DNA of 64,000 nt from an uncultured delta proteobacterium (GCA_963815115.1 CAWFFN010000007.1:864001-928000), one strand, 5' to 3'; shown: positions 20,705 to 31,452, counted from the stretch's first letter. Notes: a model not told the origin generated them from the letters alone. Program-made: numbers and translations.

Positions 20705-21250
20705 ATGACGTGGCGCCGTCTTCTACCGGCCGATCTGCTCGGCGTTCGCTTCGCCGTCAACGTGTTCGTCGCGTCCGCAATCCTGTGGTTCCTGCTCCGC
20801 CGCGTCGCGGAGACCAATCCGATCTGGGCCATCGCGTCGATGATCGCGGCGTCCGAGCCGCAGGTACGGGAGGCGGTGCGGATGTTTCGCAGTCGCACCG
20901 TCAACGTGCTCGTCGGATGCGGAGTCGGCCTGCTCTTTCTAGTCGTCGGGGGGGCGAGCGACTGGAAGCTCCCGCTCGCCCTGGCGGTGACCGTGCTCGT
21001 CTCGTCCTACGTGGTCCACATACCGACGATGTGGCGGCAAGCGCCGATCACGGCGGCCATCGTCATCGCCGCGGGCCTGACGCACCATTCCAAGCTGAGC
21101 GGAATCGAGCATGGGCTGCACAAGGTCGCCGAGGTTCTCATCGGTTGCGTCATGGGCCTCGTGGTCAGCTTCCTGATGTCGAAGCTGTGGCCTCTACCGG
21201 ATACCGAGAAGACCACCCCGGCATCGGCGGCCGTGGCAACCCGTCGATGA
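20705..21250 (+). CDS. FUSC / aromatic acid exporter family membrane protein
   Basis: PIWAIASM…SRTVNVLVGC…EVLIGC pattern and several TM helices. Confidence 0.75.
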   Translation: MTWRRLLPADLLGVRFAVNVFVASAILWFLLRRVAETNPIWAIASMIAASEPQVREAVRMFRSRTVNVLVGCGVGLLFLVVGGASDWKLPLALAVTVLVSSYVVHIPTMWRQAPITAAIVIAAGLTHHSKLSGIEHGLHKVAEVLIGCVMGLVVSFLMSKLWPLPDTEKTTPASAAVATRR

Positions 21251-21469
21251 ACCTGCGTCCCGGAACCCGCCGCGATGCAGCGTGCGGCGGCGGGTGTAAC
21301 CACCGACGGCCCTCCGTCGTATCCCTCCAATGACGTGGCGGGCCAGGCAACACGCGACGGTCGGAGACCGGCAGCGACGGTGGGGGCCGCCCGCCTGGTC
21401 GGCGGGCGGCCCGCAGACGGTGCTCCGGTGCCCCCTCACACCAGCGTCGTCGTCCGGCAGGAGGCTGGA

Positions 21470-22924
21470 TCAGCGATTGTCGGCATCCTGGGGCATGGAC
21501 GCATCGACCGACGGCGAGACGAGCGTGAACGGACCGCTCTGCACCCAGGCCCGCTGACTCGGGGCGAAGCGCGGAGCCAGGAGCCCGTCGTTGATCTCGC
21601 GCGTCACGGCGAACCGGTTGAATTGCGTCGCGGGGATGAAGAGACGGTCGTTCGAGAGCCCGCCGTCGGAGAAGTCCTCGAGATCGACCTCGACCGCCGT
21701 GAGAATGCCGTCGCCGTCGAGGCCGCCGGTGTCGACGCGTGCGACCTCCGCCCGGTAGGCGTCGAACAGGCGGGTGGGCAGCGGTACGCCCGGCTCGAAG
21801 GAAGCCACGCGCACGAAGGTATCGAGCATGATCTCGTTGGCGAGCCCGCTCGGGATGAAGCGCAGCCGCTTTTCCTTGTGCTCGTCGTTGAGCACCATGC
21901 CGCGGTCGGGGTCGCTGGGACTCGTGTCGAGGAGACGGTCGGGATCGCGGGGGTTGTTCGGGTTGTCACCGACCAGCAGCGGGTCGTGCGTGCCGCCCGT
22001 GAAGCCGGGGCCGGTCGGTCCGGTCCCGGAGGGCCCGGAGCCGGGGACCACCGAGGAGAGGAAGGCGAGCCGACCCTGCGCGAACTCGTCGGCGAAGCCC
22101 CCCGTGAACGGCAGCTCGTAGAGCGGGAAGACCCAGTCCGTGTACTGATTGAACTCCCAGTACGAGTGGCAATCGCTCTGCTGGAGACAGTTGTACGCGC
22201 CCATCGAGAGCATGATGGGTACGACGTTCGCCTGCACGTCGGGGAAGTGATCGCTGGCGCTCGGCAGGCGTGGCGGATTGCCGTCGCGTGTGAAGACGTG
22301 GGTCGGGACGTTGTTGCCGCCGCCGATGGCCTGGAGCGCCATCGCGTCGTCCTGCGTGATCATCCCGAACTGCGGAGTCCCGTCACTGCGCAGTGGCCCG
22401 ACGTCGGGCACGACGACGTCGTGGATCATCCAGCCCTCGTACCAGCCCGACTCGTTGTTGATGACGAAGAGCGGGGAGATGTCCGTGAAGATGTCGATGA
22501 ACGCGCCCGGGTCATTCGGGTCGGTGGGCAATCCCGGCTTTGGCTCGAGCAGGAGGCGCACGGAGCCCAGCGTGGGGGTATCGTGATTGGCGCCCGTCGC
22601 CGTGGGGGCGACACCGTCGTTGATGCCCGGGATCGTGACGGTGAAGACGTTGGGCTGGAATCCGGTCGTGTCGAGCAGGAAGTAACCGAAGAGCTGACTC
22701 GGCGTCGCCGCCTCCGAGAACACCGTGAGCGGGGGAAAGCTGTGCGGCCGCTGCGCGAGCTCGACGAGGCGTGCCTTCAAGGGGTCGGGCAGGTGGCGAA
22801 CGTCGTCCCGGCGGTCGATTCCCCGGCTGCCCCGTGGCGGCGGCGCGGCGCTGGCGGGACGGGCGCCCACCGTGGCGACCAGGCACGTCGCGACGACCAG
22901 TGACTGCAGTACGGAGGGTTTCAT
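21470..22924 (-). CDS. Secreted hypothetical protein
   Basis: RBS AAGGAG, signal peptide MKPSVLQSLVVATCLVATVGARPASA, long GC3-rich ORF. Confidence 0.8.
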   Translation of the reverse strand: MKPSVLQSLVVATCLVATVGARPASAAPPPRGSRGIDRRDDVRHLPDPLKARLVELAQRPHSFPPLTVFSEAATPSQLFGYFLLDTTGFQPNVFTVTIPGINDGVAPTATGANHDTPTLGSVRLLLEPKPGLPTDPNDPGAFIDIFTDISPLFVINNESGWYEGWMIHDVVVPDVGPLRSDGTPQFGMITQDDAMALQAIGGGNNVPTHVFTRDGNPPRLPSASDHFPDVQANVVPIMLSMGAYNCLQQSDCHSYWEFNQYTDWVFPLYELPFTGGFADEFAQGRLAFLSSVVPGSGPSGTGPTGPGFTGGTHDPLLVGDNPNNPRDPDRLLDTSPSDPDRGMVLNDEHKEKRLRFIPSGLANEIMLDTFVRVASFEPGVPLPTRLFDAYRAEVARVDTGGLDGDGILTAVEVDLEDFSDGGLSNDRLFIPATQFNRFAVTREINDGLLAPRFAPSQRAWVQSGPFTLVSPSVDASMPQDADNR

Positions 22925-23078
22925 TGCGGTCTCCTTTCGACGCGCGCGGATGCGCGCGCGTGCTGACCTGTCATCGACATACTTGTCCCGCAGCACCGCG
23001 CTCGTTACCGCGCAAACATTTCTTGCACGGCGTGGCGTTTTGCCCCGCGCGCGAGTCGATGCCGACTCGGAGCCTCGG

Positions 23079-23630
23079 ATGACACCGCGGAATCCGTTCA
23101 CGGGTGAAGGCCGCGGGCCGCGCCGCGCATGCTGGATGGCGCTGGTCCAGGCGGGCGACCGCGAGGCGTATCGCTCGCTGCTCGATGACCTCGGACCGGA
23201 GGTCAAGACGTACCTCCGGCGACGGCTCGCCAACTCGCAGGAGCTCGAGGATGTGTACCAGGAGGTGGTGCTCGCGATCCACGTCTCGCGACACACCTAC
23301 GAGCCCGCGCGACCCGTCGAGCCGTGGGTGTTCGCGATTGCCGCCCACGTGCTCGCGCGTCAACTCAGGCGCTCGCGGCGACGGGTCACGCGGGAGGTGC
23401 TGATGGACGACGTGCCGGCGGAGCCCCTGAGAGCCGGCGGACCGTCAGCCGCCGAGGTCTGGCAGGCGCTCGAGCGGCTGCCGCGGCAGCAGCGCGAGGC
23501 GCTGGAGCTGCTGCGCCTCGCGGGCCTCTCGACCGACATGGCGGCCACGGTAGCCGGCACGACGGTGGGCGCGCTCCGGGTGCGCGCCCACCGCGCCCAC
23601 AAGACCCTGCGCGCGATCCTCTTCGGATGA
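23079..23630 (+). CDS. ECF RNA polymerase sigma factor
   Basis: Region 2 (GDREAYRSL…EDVYQE…PWVFAIA) and region 4 (LERLPRQQREALEL…ALRVRAHRA). Confidence 0.9.
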   Translation: MTPRNPFTGEGRGPRRACWMALVQAGDREAYRSLLDDLGPEVKTYLRRRLANSQELEDVYQEVVLAIHVSRHTYEPARPVEPWVFAIAAHVLARQLRRSRRRVTREVLMDDVPAEPLRAGGPSAAEVWQALERLPRQQREALELLRLAGLSTDMAATVAGTTVGALRVRAHRAHKTLRAILFG

Positions 23631-23805
23631 CCTACCGAACCGCCGATTGAAGCAGGCGTTCCCGGCGAGGAGAGATCGCTTGCCTGGCACGTACCACCCA
23701 CGCTACCAGCCGAGGGGCTGGGAGCTTCGACCCGGTCGCCGGTGAAAGTCGCAGGCGCCCGCGCAGCCGACGACTTCCGCCTGAAGTTTCTCGAGAGGAG
23801 ATCGC

Positions 23806-25293
23806 ATGGGCGACGAAACCACAGTGCTCGACGGCGCCGCGGCTCGCCACCTCCTGCGCCGCACGGGCTTCGGCGCGATGCCCCTCGATCTGGCGCAGTT
23901 CGTGGGGCTCACCCGGGGCGAGGCAGCCGACCGTCTGCTCGCCTTCGCCCCGAAGGGCTTCCTGCCCTCGGGCCCGGATTTCCCGACCGCCGTGTCGAAG
24001 TGGATCAAGTACATGCTCAAGACGCGCGCCCCATTGCAGGAGAAGCTCGTCCTCTTCTGGCACGATCACTTCGCCACCGGGTTCTCCAAGGTCCAGAGCG
24101 TGCGACTGATGGGCACGCAGAACAGGACGATTCGCCTGAGCTGTCTCGGCGACATGCGCGTGCTCGTGAAGGCCCTGAGCAGAGATGCGGCCATGATCGA
24201 ATGGCTCGACACGGTCCGCAACCACAAGGACCTGCCGAACGAGAACTACGCCCGCGAGCTGCAGGAGCTGTTCACGCTCGGAGTGCTCGATCTGCGGGGC
24301 AACCCGAACTACACGCAGACCGACGTCGAACAGATCGCGCGCGCGTTCACGGGGTGGACCTACGACCACGGCCACGGCACCGTCTCCTTCGACGACGGCG
24401 ACCACGATTACATCGCCGACTTCCCGAGCCGCGGGGGCGGGACGAAGCGCATCTTCGCCTCCACGGGCGCCTTCGCCACGCCGCCGCACTTCGATCAGCC
24501 CGAGGGCGACAGCGAGATCGATCAGGTCGTCGACATCATCTTCCAGCACCGCGACACCGACCTGAAGAACACCGTGGCCCGGCGGACGACCCGGCGACTT
24601 CTCGAGTACTTCTGTCACGGCGGCTGGGCGACGCCCGACGCGGTGATGATCCAGACGATGGACGACGAGATCGTTGTGCCGTCGGGGTTCGATCGGACGT
24701 TCATCATCCGCGACGTGCTGCGCGCCATCTTCGTCCACGACGTCTTCTACGCCACGATGGAGGCGGCGCCCTTCAGCGTCGGCACGGCAAAGTCGGTGAA
24801 GTGGCCGGTCGACTATGCGCTCAGCACCATGCGCCTGCTCGGCGCGAACCCGAAGGGCAAGCATCTCGGCGTTCAGGGCGGCAGCTACACCCCCATCGCC
24901 GATCATCTGCGCGACATGGGTCAGACGCTCCTGGACCCGCCAAGCGTGTTCGGCTGGGATTGGGAGACCGCCTGGATCAGTAGCGCGACGCTACTCGCGC
25001 GTTGCAACTTCGCGCGCGACATCATCGGCTCGCGACACGGCGGAGGCCGGTTCCGGCCGGAGAAGCTGATCGATCTCAACCTGACGCAGCCCGGCGAGAT
25101 CGTCGATGCGGTCACCGACGTCCTCGGGGTCACCGATCAGCTCGTCTCCGAGGAGCGCCAGGTGCTGATCGACTACCTGACCGACAGCGGCACCAGCTCG
25201 ACCATCAACCTGCACGACCCCACCCTGCGCAACATCAAGCTCAATGGACTCTTCGGGCTGGTGGTGCAGGCACCGGTCTGTCAGCTCCACTAG
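23806..25293 (+). CDS. DUF1800 family protein
   Basis: ARHLLRRTGFG, LQEKLVLFWHDHFAT, PNENYARELQELFTLG, ARAFTGW. Confidence 0.92.
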   Translation: MGDETTVLDGAAARHLLRRTGFGAMPLDLAQFVGLTRGEAADRLLAFAPKGFLPSGPDFPTAVSKWIKYMLKTRAPLQEKLVLFWHDHFATGFSKVQSVRLMGTQNRTIRLSCLGDMRVLVKALSRDAAMIEWLDTVRNHKDLPNENYARELQELFTLGVLDLRGNPNYTQTDVEQIARAFTGWTYDHGHGTVSFDDGDHDYIADFPSRGGGTKRIFASTGAFATPPHFDQPEGDSEIDQVVDIIFQHRDTDLKNTVARRTTRRLLEYFCHGGWATPDAVMIQTMDDEIVVPSGFDRTFIIRDVLRAIFVHDVFYATMEAAPFSVGTAKSVKWPVDYALSTMRLLGANPKGKHLGVQGGSYTPIADHLRDMGQTLLDPPSVFGWDWETAWISSATLLARCNFARDIIGSRHGGGRFRPEKLIDLNLTQPGEIVDAVTDVLGVTDQLVSEERQVLIDYLTDSGTSSTINLHDPTLRNIKLNGLFGLVVQAPVCQLH

Positions 25294-25313
25294 ACGGCGG
25301 CGGGAGCTCTCGA

Positions 25314-26729
25314 ATGGCGATCACGCGACGACAGTTCATCCAGCGCACCGGCCTGGTCACCGCGGGCACGCTCCTCGGGCCGCGCCTGTTCGACAATCCG
25401 TTCGTCCGCGAGGCGCTCGCGTCGACGATCGGCGATCGTTACTTCGTCATCATCTATCTCGACGGCGGCAACGACGGGCTCAACACCGTCGTCCCGTTCG
25501 CGAGCGGCGCGCTCCGCGCGGCTTACGACGGCTACCGGCAGACGGGGGGCGGTGGTCTGAACATCTCGCAGGCGTCGCTCGCTGCCACCCCGATCGGGAA
25601 CGACCCCGGCAGTGGCAGCCAGCTGGCGCTGCACCCCGCCCTCGCCGGGTTGAAGCAGCTCTACGATCTCGGCCAGGTCGCCGTCGTCCAGGGCTGTGGG
25701 TACCCCGGCTATAGCATGTCGCACGATCAGGCGCGGAGCATCTGGCGGTCTGCGAACCCGGGGGTGGCGGGAGCATACACCGGCACCGGGTGGGTCGGCC
25801 GGCACCTGGCCTACCCGGGCAACTATACGGGGATCGACGTGCCGGCAGTGACCATCGGCAGCTCGATCGCCCCGGAGCTCCGCCAGACGGCCACGGGCGA
25901 GCTCGCCATCACCCGCCTCCGCGACTTCAGCTTTCCGTACGACGAGTTCAACCCGGACGACGTGAGCGCGAAACGGACTGCCTTCGACGCCCTCTACGAC
26001 GCCCTGGCGAGCAGCGATCCTCAGCCGGCGAAGCGGTATCTCGGTAGCAGCGGTGCAGCGATGCTGGTCAGCACCGAGAGCTATCCCGGGCTCGACCAAG
26101 ACTACGAGCGGGATCGCGCTCCGTTCAACGGCCGGTACGACGCCATCGGCAGCGGTGCGGCGCGCGACATGCGCGAGATCGCCAAGATCATCTACGGCGT
26201 GGAGCGGGGCGTCGCGGGCGTGAGCGGGCGCTTCTTCCAGGTGAGCCACGGCGGCTTCGATACCCATGCCGATCAGGGCGGCGCGGAGCCCGACGGCCTG
26301 CACTACGACCTCCTCCGGGGCATCGGAGACTCCCTCAAGGTGTTCTGCGACGATCTCACCGACATGGGGGCGATCGACCGGGTCACCGTACTCGTGTGGA
26401 GCGAGTTCGGGCGGCGGATTCCCCAGAACAACAGCGGCACCGACCACGGCTCGCAGTGCCCCTTGTTCGTCATCGGCGGCTCGGTGGTCGGCGGCGTCTA
26501 CGGCTGCCACCCCGACATCCTGCACATCGACGTCAATGAGAACACGGCCTACACGCAAGGCGCAGGCCCTCATCGCTCCACCGACCTTCGCGACGTCTAC
26601 GGCACCGTGTTGAAGCACTGGCTGAACGTGCCGCCGGCGCAGATCCTGAGCGGCATTTTGCAGCTGGACCCTGGCGATCCCGCCTTCAACTGGACGACGG
26701 CGAATTTCGATCTGGGGTTCCTTGCATAG
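25314..26729 (+). CDS. DUF1501 family protein with Tat signal
   Basis: ITRRQFI, LDGGNDGLNTVVP, GGFDTHADQ, WSEFGRR…GTDHG. Confidence 0.92.
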   Translation: MAITRRQFIQRTGLVTAGTLLGPRLFDNPFVREALASTIGDRYFVIIYLDGGNDGLNTVVPFASGALRAAYDGYRQTGGGGLNISQASLAATPIGNDPGSGSQLALHPALAGLKQLYDLGQVAVVQGCGYPGYSMSHDQARSIWRSANPGVAGAYTGTGWVGRHLAYPGNYTGIDVPAVTIGSSIAPELRQTATGELAITRLRDFSFPYDEFNPDDVSAKRTAFDALYDALASSDPQPAKRYLGSSGAAMLVSTESYPGLDQDYERDRAPFNGRYDAIGSGAARDMREIAKIIYGVERGVAGVSGRFFQVSHGGFDTHADQGGAEPDGLHYDLLRGIGDSLKVFCDDLTDMGAIDRVTVLVWSEFGRRIPQNNSGTDHGSQCPLFVIGGSVVGGVYGCHPDILHIDVNENTAYTQGAGPHRSTDLRDVYGTVLKHWLNVPPAQILSGILQLDPGDPAFNWTTANFDLGFLA

Positions 26730-26807
26730 CGCGGGAGCGAGCCGGTGAGCGCCGAAAGATGTCGCCGTCGACGCTGATCGCACTGCAGGTGCTCGCCACC
26801 GCCTCGG

Positions 26808-27758
26808 TCAGCGTTCACCGTGAGGGCCGCGGACCGGCGCAGGGAGCTGGAACCCGGCCGTCCGACCAGCGTTGAAGGACGTCGTGCGCCACCCGCCGCC
26901 AGGCAGGGCGCGCCGGCGGACCTTCCCGGCCACGCTGTCGGAATCGACCAGACGCATCCCCTCCTGGTGGCCGATCACCTTCCACGCAAAGTCCTCGACC
27001 TTGCCCTCGAAGAAGAACCCATCGTCCTGGCTGGAATCGGATCCGAGGTAGCCGTCGGAGCGGTTCGCCGGCGAGACCGACCGCACCCGTCGGAGTGACG
27101 GGACGTAGACCCAGCTCGCGTCGCGCTTGCCGGGGTCCTTGTAGCGGTAGCCCAGCGTCGCCGTTCCATTCACGTCCACGGGACTCTTCGAGACCGCGAG
27201 GAACTGGACGAGCAGGTTCTCGGGATTGGTCGCGGGCGAGTACTGCCGGGGCTGCCCGTCGTAGTACAGCGCGTAGACGTCCTCTGCCACCGAGCGCTCG
27301 ACCCCCGTGCGGTTCACCCAGTTGAGCGTCGTCCAGTTCCGGCTGTTGCCGCCGATGTAGTAGGCGTAGCTGAGATTCCAGATCACCTTGTACCCGGCGT
27401 CCGGGTCGTTCATCTGGATGTCGGGGAACGGCAGACCCGAGATGTAGTCCGGCCGGGTGTCCGTGCTCCGGTCGACGGGCTCGCGCTTCGGGCTGAGGAC
27501 CAGGCGTTCCCCGTTCTGCCGTGTCGTCTCGTCGGCGCCGTCGTCCCAGCGGCAGCTGGAGTCGGGGAACTCGACCACCTGGTTGTAGTACTCGCCCTTC
27601 TTGTAGTGCTGGTATATCTCGGGCGGCAGCAGGTCCTTCGCGTCGTCGGCCGTGGATGCGTCCAGCATCATCCCCGGCTTCACCTCCGAGTTCGCGGGCG
27701 ATCCCGACCCCAGGGCGAGCCAGATTCCGAGCGCGATTGCCGCACCAGGATTCTTCAT
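26808..27758 (-). CDS. DUF1329 family (LolA-like) protein, probably C-terminally truncated
   Basis: GLPFP, SWVYVPSLRRVR…RSDGYLGSD..QDD; ends abruptly at 316 aa. Confidence 0.75.
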   Translation of the reverse strand: MKNPGAAIALGIWLALGSGSPANSEVKPGMMLDASTADDAKDLLPPEIYQHYKKGEYYNQVVEFPDSSCRWDDGADETTRQNGERLVLSPKREPVDRSTDTRPDYISGLPFPDIQMNDPDAGYKVIWNLSYAYYIGGNSRNWTTLNWVNRTGVERSVAEDVYALYYDGQPRQYSPATNPENLLVQFLAVSKSPVDVNGTATLGYRYKDPGKRDASWVYVPSLRRVRSVSPANRSDGYLGSDSSQDDGFFFEGKVEDFAWKVIGHQEGMRLVDSDSVAGKVRRRALPGGGWRTTSFNAGRTAGFQLPAPVRGPHGER

Positions 27759-28348
27759 CAGATGATCACCGCCTTCGGCCTGGTTCATCGGTTCACACCG
27801 CGCAATTCGGCTGCCTAGCGCGGGCGACACCGTCGTCGGCCTGGAACACCTGGTGTACGCTTCAGCCAGCTCGAGCCACGGGCCAGCGTGGTGCAGCCTT
27901 CACAGCGTTGGCCGTCCGGTCTCGCGCTACGCGGCGGTCGCACCGGGCGCACACGTCAGGTCAACGAGGAGCACGACAGATAGCCTGTTCATCAATGACC
28001 GCTCTTCTCGTCTCTGGGTGGCTTACTGTAGCACAGGGTAGAACTCCAGTAAGCAGTGCGCAAGCGCAGATCGCCATCCTCGAGCCGCGGAACCCCCCCG
28101 CCCCACCTCGGCCATCCGCGGGAATTCCGGCAAGCTCCCCGTTCGCGCTAGATGCATCGGAATAGTCTCGGCGCGCACGAGCCGTCTCATCACATCAGCC
28201 TGCTGCGCGCTCATGGACAGCCGATTGATCCCGACCGAGATCATCGAATCCGTCTACGCGCGGAATGACACGATCCACGTCGGACTCCTGGGACGCCGTG
28301 ACGAGGCGCAACGGTAGCGCCCACGCCGAGACGGCCTGGCGGTCGTCC

Positions 28349-28747
28349 TCACGCCCCGCCGCATCTATGCTCCGAGTCCGCTAGCCGCCAGGTGTCGTGT
28401 GTGCGCAGATTGGTGGTCTTGTAAATGCGGCCACGGTTGTCGCCCTTGGGACAATTGCGCGGGATGGAGACAAGGCAGATCCGGACCGGATCGCCCGCCC
28501 GCGACTGCTCGATCGCTGGAACGGTGTCGTACGAGAGCTGAACGCCGCCATTCGCGAAGCGCACCGCGCTGCCGGAGCCCCGCATGGGCTGGTTGGTGAC
28601 GCCGTCGACCAGACGCGTCTCGACCGACTTGATCGTCGTCTCTGCGCAGGCGCCGACCTTCTTCGGCAATTCACCCGCGAGAGCCGGCGCCGCCAGCGTG
28701 GCGGCGAGGCCGCCCAACAAAAGCATCCGACGTCGTACACCGATCAT
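28349..28747 (-). CDS. Small secreted hypothetical protein
   Basis: RBS AAGGAGG, signal peptide, Cys motifs (CLVSIPRNCPKGD…DSEHRCGGA). Confidence 0.75.
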   Translation of the reverse strand: MIGVRRRMLLLGGLAATLAAPALAGELPKKVGACAETTIKSVETRLVDGVTNQPMRGSGSAVRFANGGVQLSYDTVPAIEQSRAGDPVRICLVSIPRNCPKGDNRGRIYKTTNLRTHDTWRLADSEHRCGGA

Positions 28748-28865
28748 CGAAGCCTCCTTTCCTACCATGAAGTGGAGAGGATGGCGGAGCGAGCGTTTCC
28801 TCGAGGCCGCGGCCGCCGCCCGGCCGCCGGAGACAGGCGGCCAGCAACTACGCTAGGATGGACGC

Positions 28866-29846
28866 GTGGCTGCTGCAATGAATCGCGACGTCGTCCTCAT
28901 CACCGGCGGCAATTCCGGCATCGGCTTCGAGTGCGCCCGCGAGCTCGCACGCGCGGGCTGGCACGTTGTCATCGCGAGCCGCGACCGACGGGCATCGGCG
29001 AAGGCCGTGCGCCGGATCGCCGGCGAGAGCGGCGACGGCGCCGCTTCGGAGATGGGTCTCGACCTCGGCTCGACGGCGTCGGTACGTGCGCTCGCCCGGG
29101 AGATACAGGGACATGCCGGCCTCCGCGCGCTCGTCTGCAACGCCGGGCTCCAGATGACGACGGGCCCGCGGCTCTCGGCCGACGGTTACGAGGTCACGTT
29201 CGCCGTCAATCACCTCGGGCACTTCCTGCTCACGAACCTGCTCTTCCGGCAGCTCGTCGCGAACGGGCCGGCCCGCATCGTCGTGGTCGCCTCCGGCGTC
29301 CATGATCCGACACGCTGGACGGGCATGCCGAAGGCGAGCATCACCGACATCCCGACGCTCGCGGCGACCGGCGGCCCGCGCGCCGGCGAGTTCAACGGCC
29401 GGCTCGCCTACGTGAACAGCAAGCTCTGCAACCTCTGGTTCGTCTACGAGCTCGCACGGCGGATCGAGGGCGCGGGCCTCGGGCGGGACGGCCGTGGCGT
29501 CACGGTGAACGGCTTCGATCCCGGCCTGGTCCCGGGCTCCGGGCTCGGACGCGACTATGCGGCGCCACTCCGGTTCGTCTGGAACACGATCCTGCCCGGC
29601 GTGGCCCGCGTGCTCACCCCGGTCGTGCCGACGATCAACCCGGCGCCGAAGTCGGGCCGCGCGCTCGCACGATTGGTCGTCGATCCCGCGCTCGCGGGGG
29701 TCACGGGCAGGTACTTCCCGTCGCATGCACGCTGGCGGGAGGCTCCGTCGTCCGACGCCTCCTACGACGTCGAGCGGGCGCGTGCCCTCTGGACCGAGAG
29801 CGTCCGGATGAGCGGCCTCGCGCCGGTCGAGTCCCCGCTCGCCTGA
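28866..29846 (+). CDS. SDR oxidoreductase (retinol-dehydrogenase/POR-like)
   Basis: ITGGNSGIG, CNAG, FAVNHLGHFLLT, YVNSK (YxxxK). Confidence 0.92.
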   Translation: MAAAMNRDVVLITGGNSGIGFECARELARAGWHVVIASRDRRASAKAVRRIAGESGDGAASEMGLDLGSTASVRALAREIQGHAGLRALVCNAGLQMTTGPRLSADGYEVTFAVNHLGHFLLTNLLFRQLVANGPARIVVVASGVHDPTRWTGMPKASITDIPTLAATGGPRAGEFNGRLAYVNSKLCNLWFVYELARRIEGAGLGRDGRGVTVNGFDPGLVPGSGLGRDYAAPLRFVWNTILPGVARVLTPVVPTINPAPKSGRALARLVVDPALAGVTGRYFPSHARWREAPSSDASYDVERARALWTESVRMSGLAPVESPLA

Positions 29847-29926
29847 GGGGGCAGCGCCTGCGACGATCGGGGTGACCGAACGCCCAGTTCTCCTCGTCGG
29901 GAGCGATATCCGTCTCGACGCCTCGG

Positions 29927-29955
29927 GGTAGCACGCCGCTACCTCGAAAGTAGCG
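29927..29955 (+). promoter_or_regulatory. Recurrent motif, copy 2
   Basis: GGTAGCacgccGCTACCtcgaaaGTAGCG, about 72 bp upstream of ATG 30028. Confidence 0.65.
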
Positions 29956-30027
29956 GCTCTCTGTTGCGTACAGCTCGAAGCGCACCCCGATTCACTTCAG
30001 TTTCAGATCGCGAAGGAGGGAGACGCA

Positions 30028-31014
30028 ATGGAACACCACGCCGCAAGGCAGACCACTCGCATCCGGACATGGGTCCGCGTTGGCAGAGGGGCCGGCATAG
30101 CATGTGCGGCCGCGTTTCTCGGGGGCGCGCTTCCCATCGCCGAGGTCACATCGTCCGCGCTGGCGCAGGCCCCCGCCACCACGCAGCTGACCGGGGACGT
30201 CTCGAGCGATGACCCCGGCATCTTCCTGGTCGATGGCGTACGCATCGCGGTCGCAGACACGGCGATCGCGACCGAGACGTCATTGGGAGGCTACAGGCTC
30301 GACGTGCCCTCGGGTCCGCACACCCTCGAGATCTCCGGAACGTGCGTTCAGCCCGGATCCATCGCGGTCGACGCCGAAGGAGCGACCCAGTTCTTCCCAC
30401 TCACGGTCACTGGTATCGTTCCGATGGACCCTGCCGTCCACTACCGGTGTGATCCGTTCCGTGCGACCTCCGCCGCCCGTTTCTCTTCGCCGCTTCACCA
30501 CAAGGCAGCAGTGTCGCCGACTCATGCGGCAACGATCTCGCTGAAGTCGCCGGTGACGTTCGACGGGCTCCCGTATCGAAAGTTCTACGTGACGGCGAAC
30601 GGATGGCTCAGCTTCAAGCCGGTGGCGCTCTCGAAGTTGCCTCCCTGCGATCGGCTCTCTCCGGGGAACGCGCCCGCGAATGCCCTGTTCGCGTACGCCG
30701 GGTGCGCGACGACGAAGTCCGTCACCTATGACGTCGTCGCCGGCGCACTCGTCGTACGGTGGCACCTCGTGGACCCGATCACCGCGGAGCCGACGGACGT
30801 CGAGGTGAACTTCGGGCCCGGGTCCTTGACGGTGCAGAGCAACGTGATCGAGGTTGCCTACGGCAGTCTCGGTGATGCCGGACACGACGGCAGCGGTGCG
30901 TTCGTCGGGCTGACCACCGCTGCTGGCGCGGCGTTCCCGATCGGGGTGCGCCAGGCCGTCCTTCGTCCATTCCACACGATCCAGCTCACACCGACGCCGA
31001 CCATCCACTTCTGA
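30028..31014 (+). CDS. Secreted protein with a carboxypeptidase-regulatory-like domain and a nidogen-like segment
   Basis: RBS AAGGAGG, signal peptide; GGYRLDVPSGPHTLEIS; TFDG..Y.KFYVTANGWLSF. Confidence 0.7.
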   Translation: MEHHAARQTTRIRTWVRVGRGAGIACAAAFLGGALPIAEVTSSALAQAPATTQLTGDVSSDDPGIFLVDGVRIAVADTAIATETSLGGYRLDVPSGPHTLEISGTCVQPGSIAVDAEGATQFFPLTVTGIVPMDPAVHYRCDPFRATSAARFSSPLHHKAAVSPTHAATISLKSPVTFDGLPYRKFYVTANGWLSFKPVALSKLPPCDRLSPGNAPANALFAYAGCATTKSVTYDVVAGALVVRWHLVDPITAEPTDVEVNFGPGSLTVQSNVIEVAYGSLGDAGHDGSGAFVGLTTAAGAAFPIGVRQAVLRPFHTIQLTPTPTIHF

Positions 31015-31452
31015 GCCCTGCATTCCGACCAGAACGCGATCCTGAAGTTCCCGCGGCGATGGCGCCGCCGCTTTCAGAGCGGTCTCCGGTCCGAAGCGGA
31101 GCTGCCAGCCGGGCCGAAGCTCGGAGCCGCGGCATCGTACGCTTGCCATCGTGACCGGAGACCGGTAGTGGCGGGAACGCGTGACGGAACGAGTTCATCC
31201 GGTGAATCCCGGGATCGCATCGACCTCCGGCGACCGATAGATGACCGCAAGGAGGAGCGCCATGGCAGGTAGGGTGATGAACCCGATCGCTCTGGCGACG
31301 GCGCTTCTCGTGACGGTCGGCGCCGAGCGCGCCGCCGTGGGCGCCCGGCGACGGCGTCTCTCCTGATGAGATCACCGGTGTGACGCCCGAGGCCGGGACG
31401 CTTCCGCTCAAGGCCAAGGTCCAGGTCAAGGCCATTCGATCCATGCGCTGCG

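Noticed and set aside
31015-31450. Gene in the 430-bp gap before the hydrolase
   Set aside because: Overlapping short ORFs without a convincing start or motif; at most a gene fragment.
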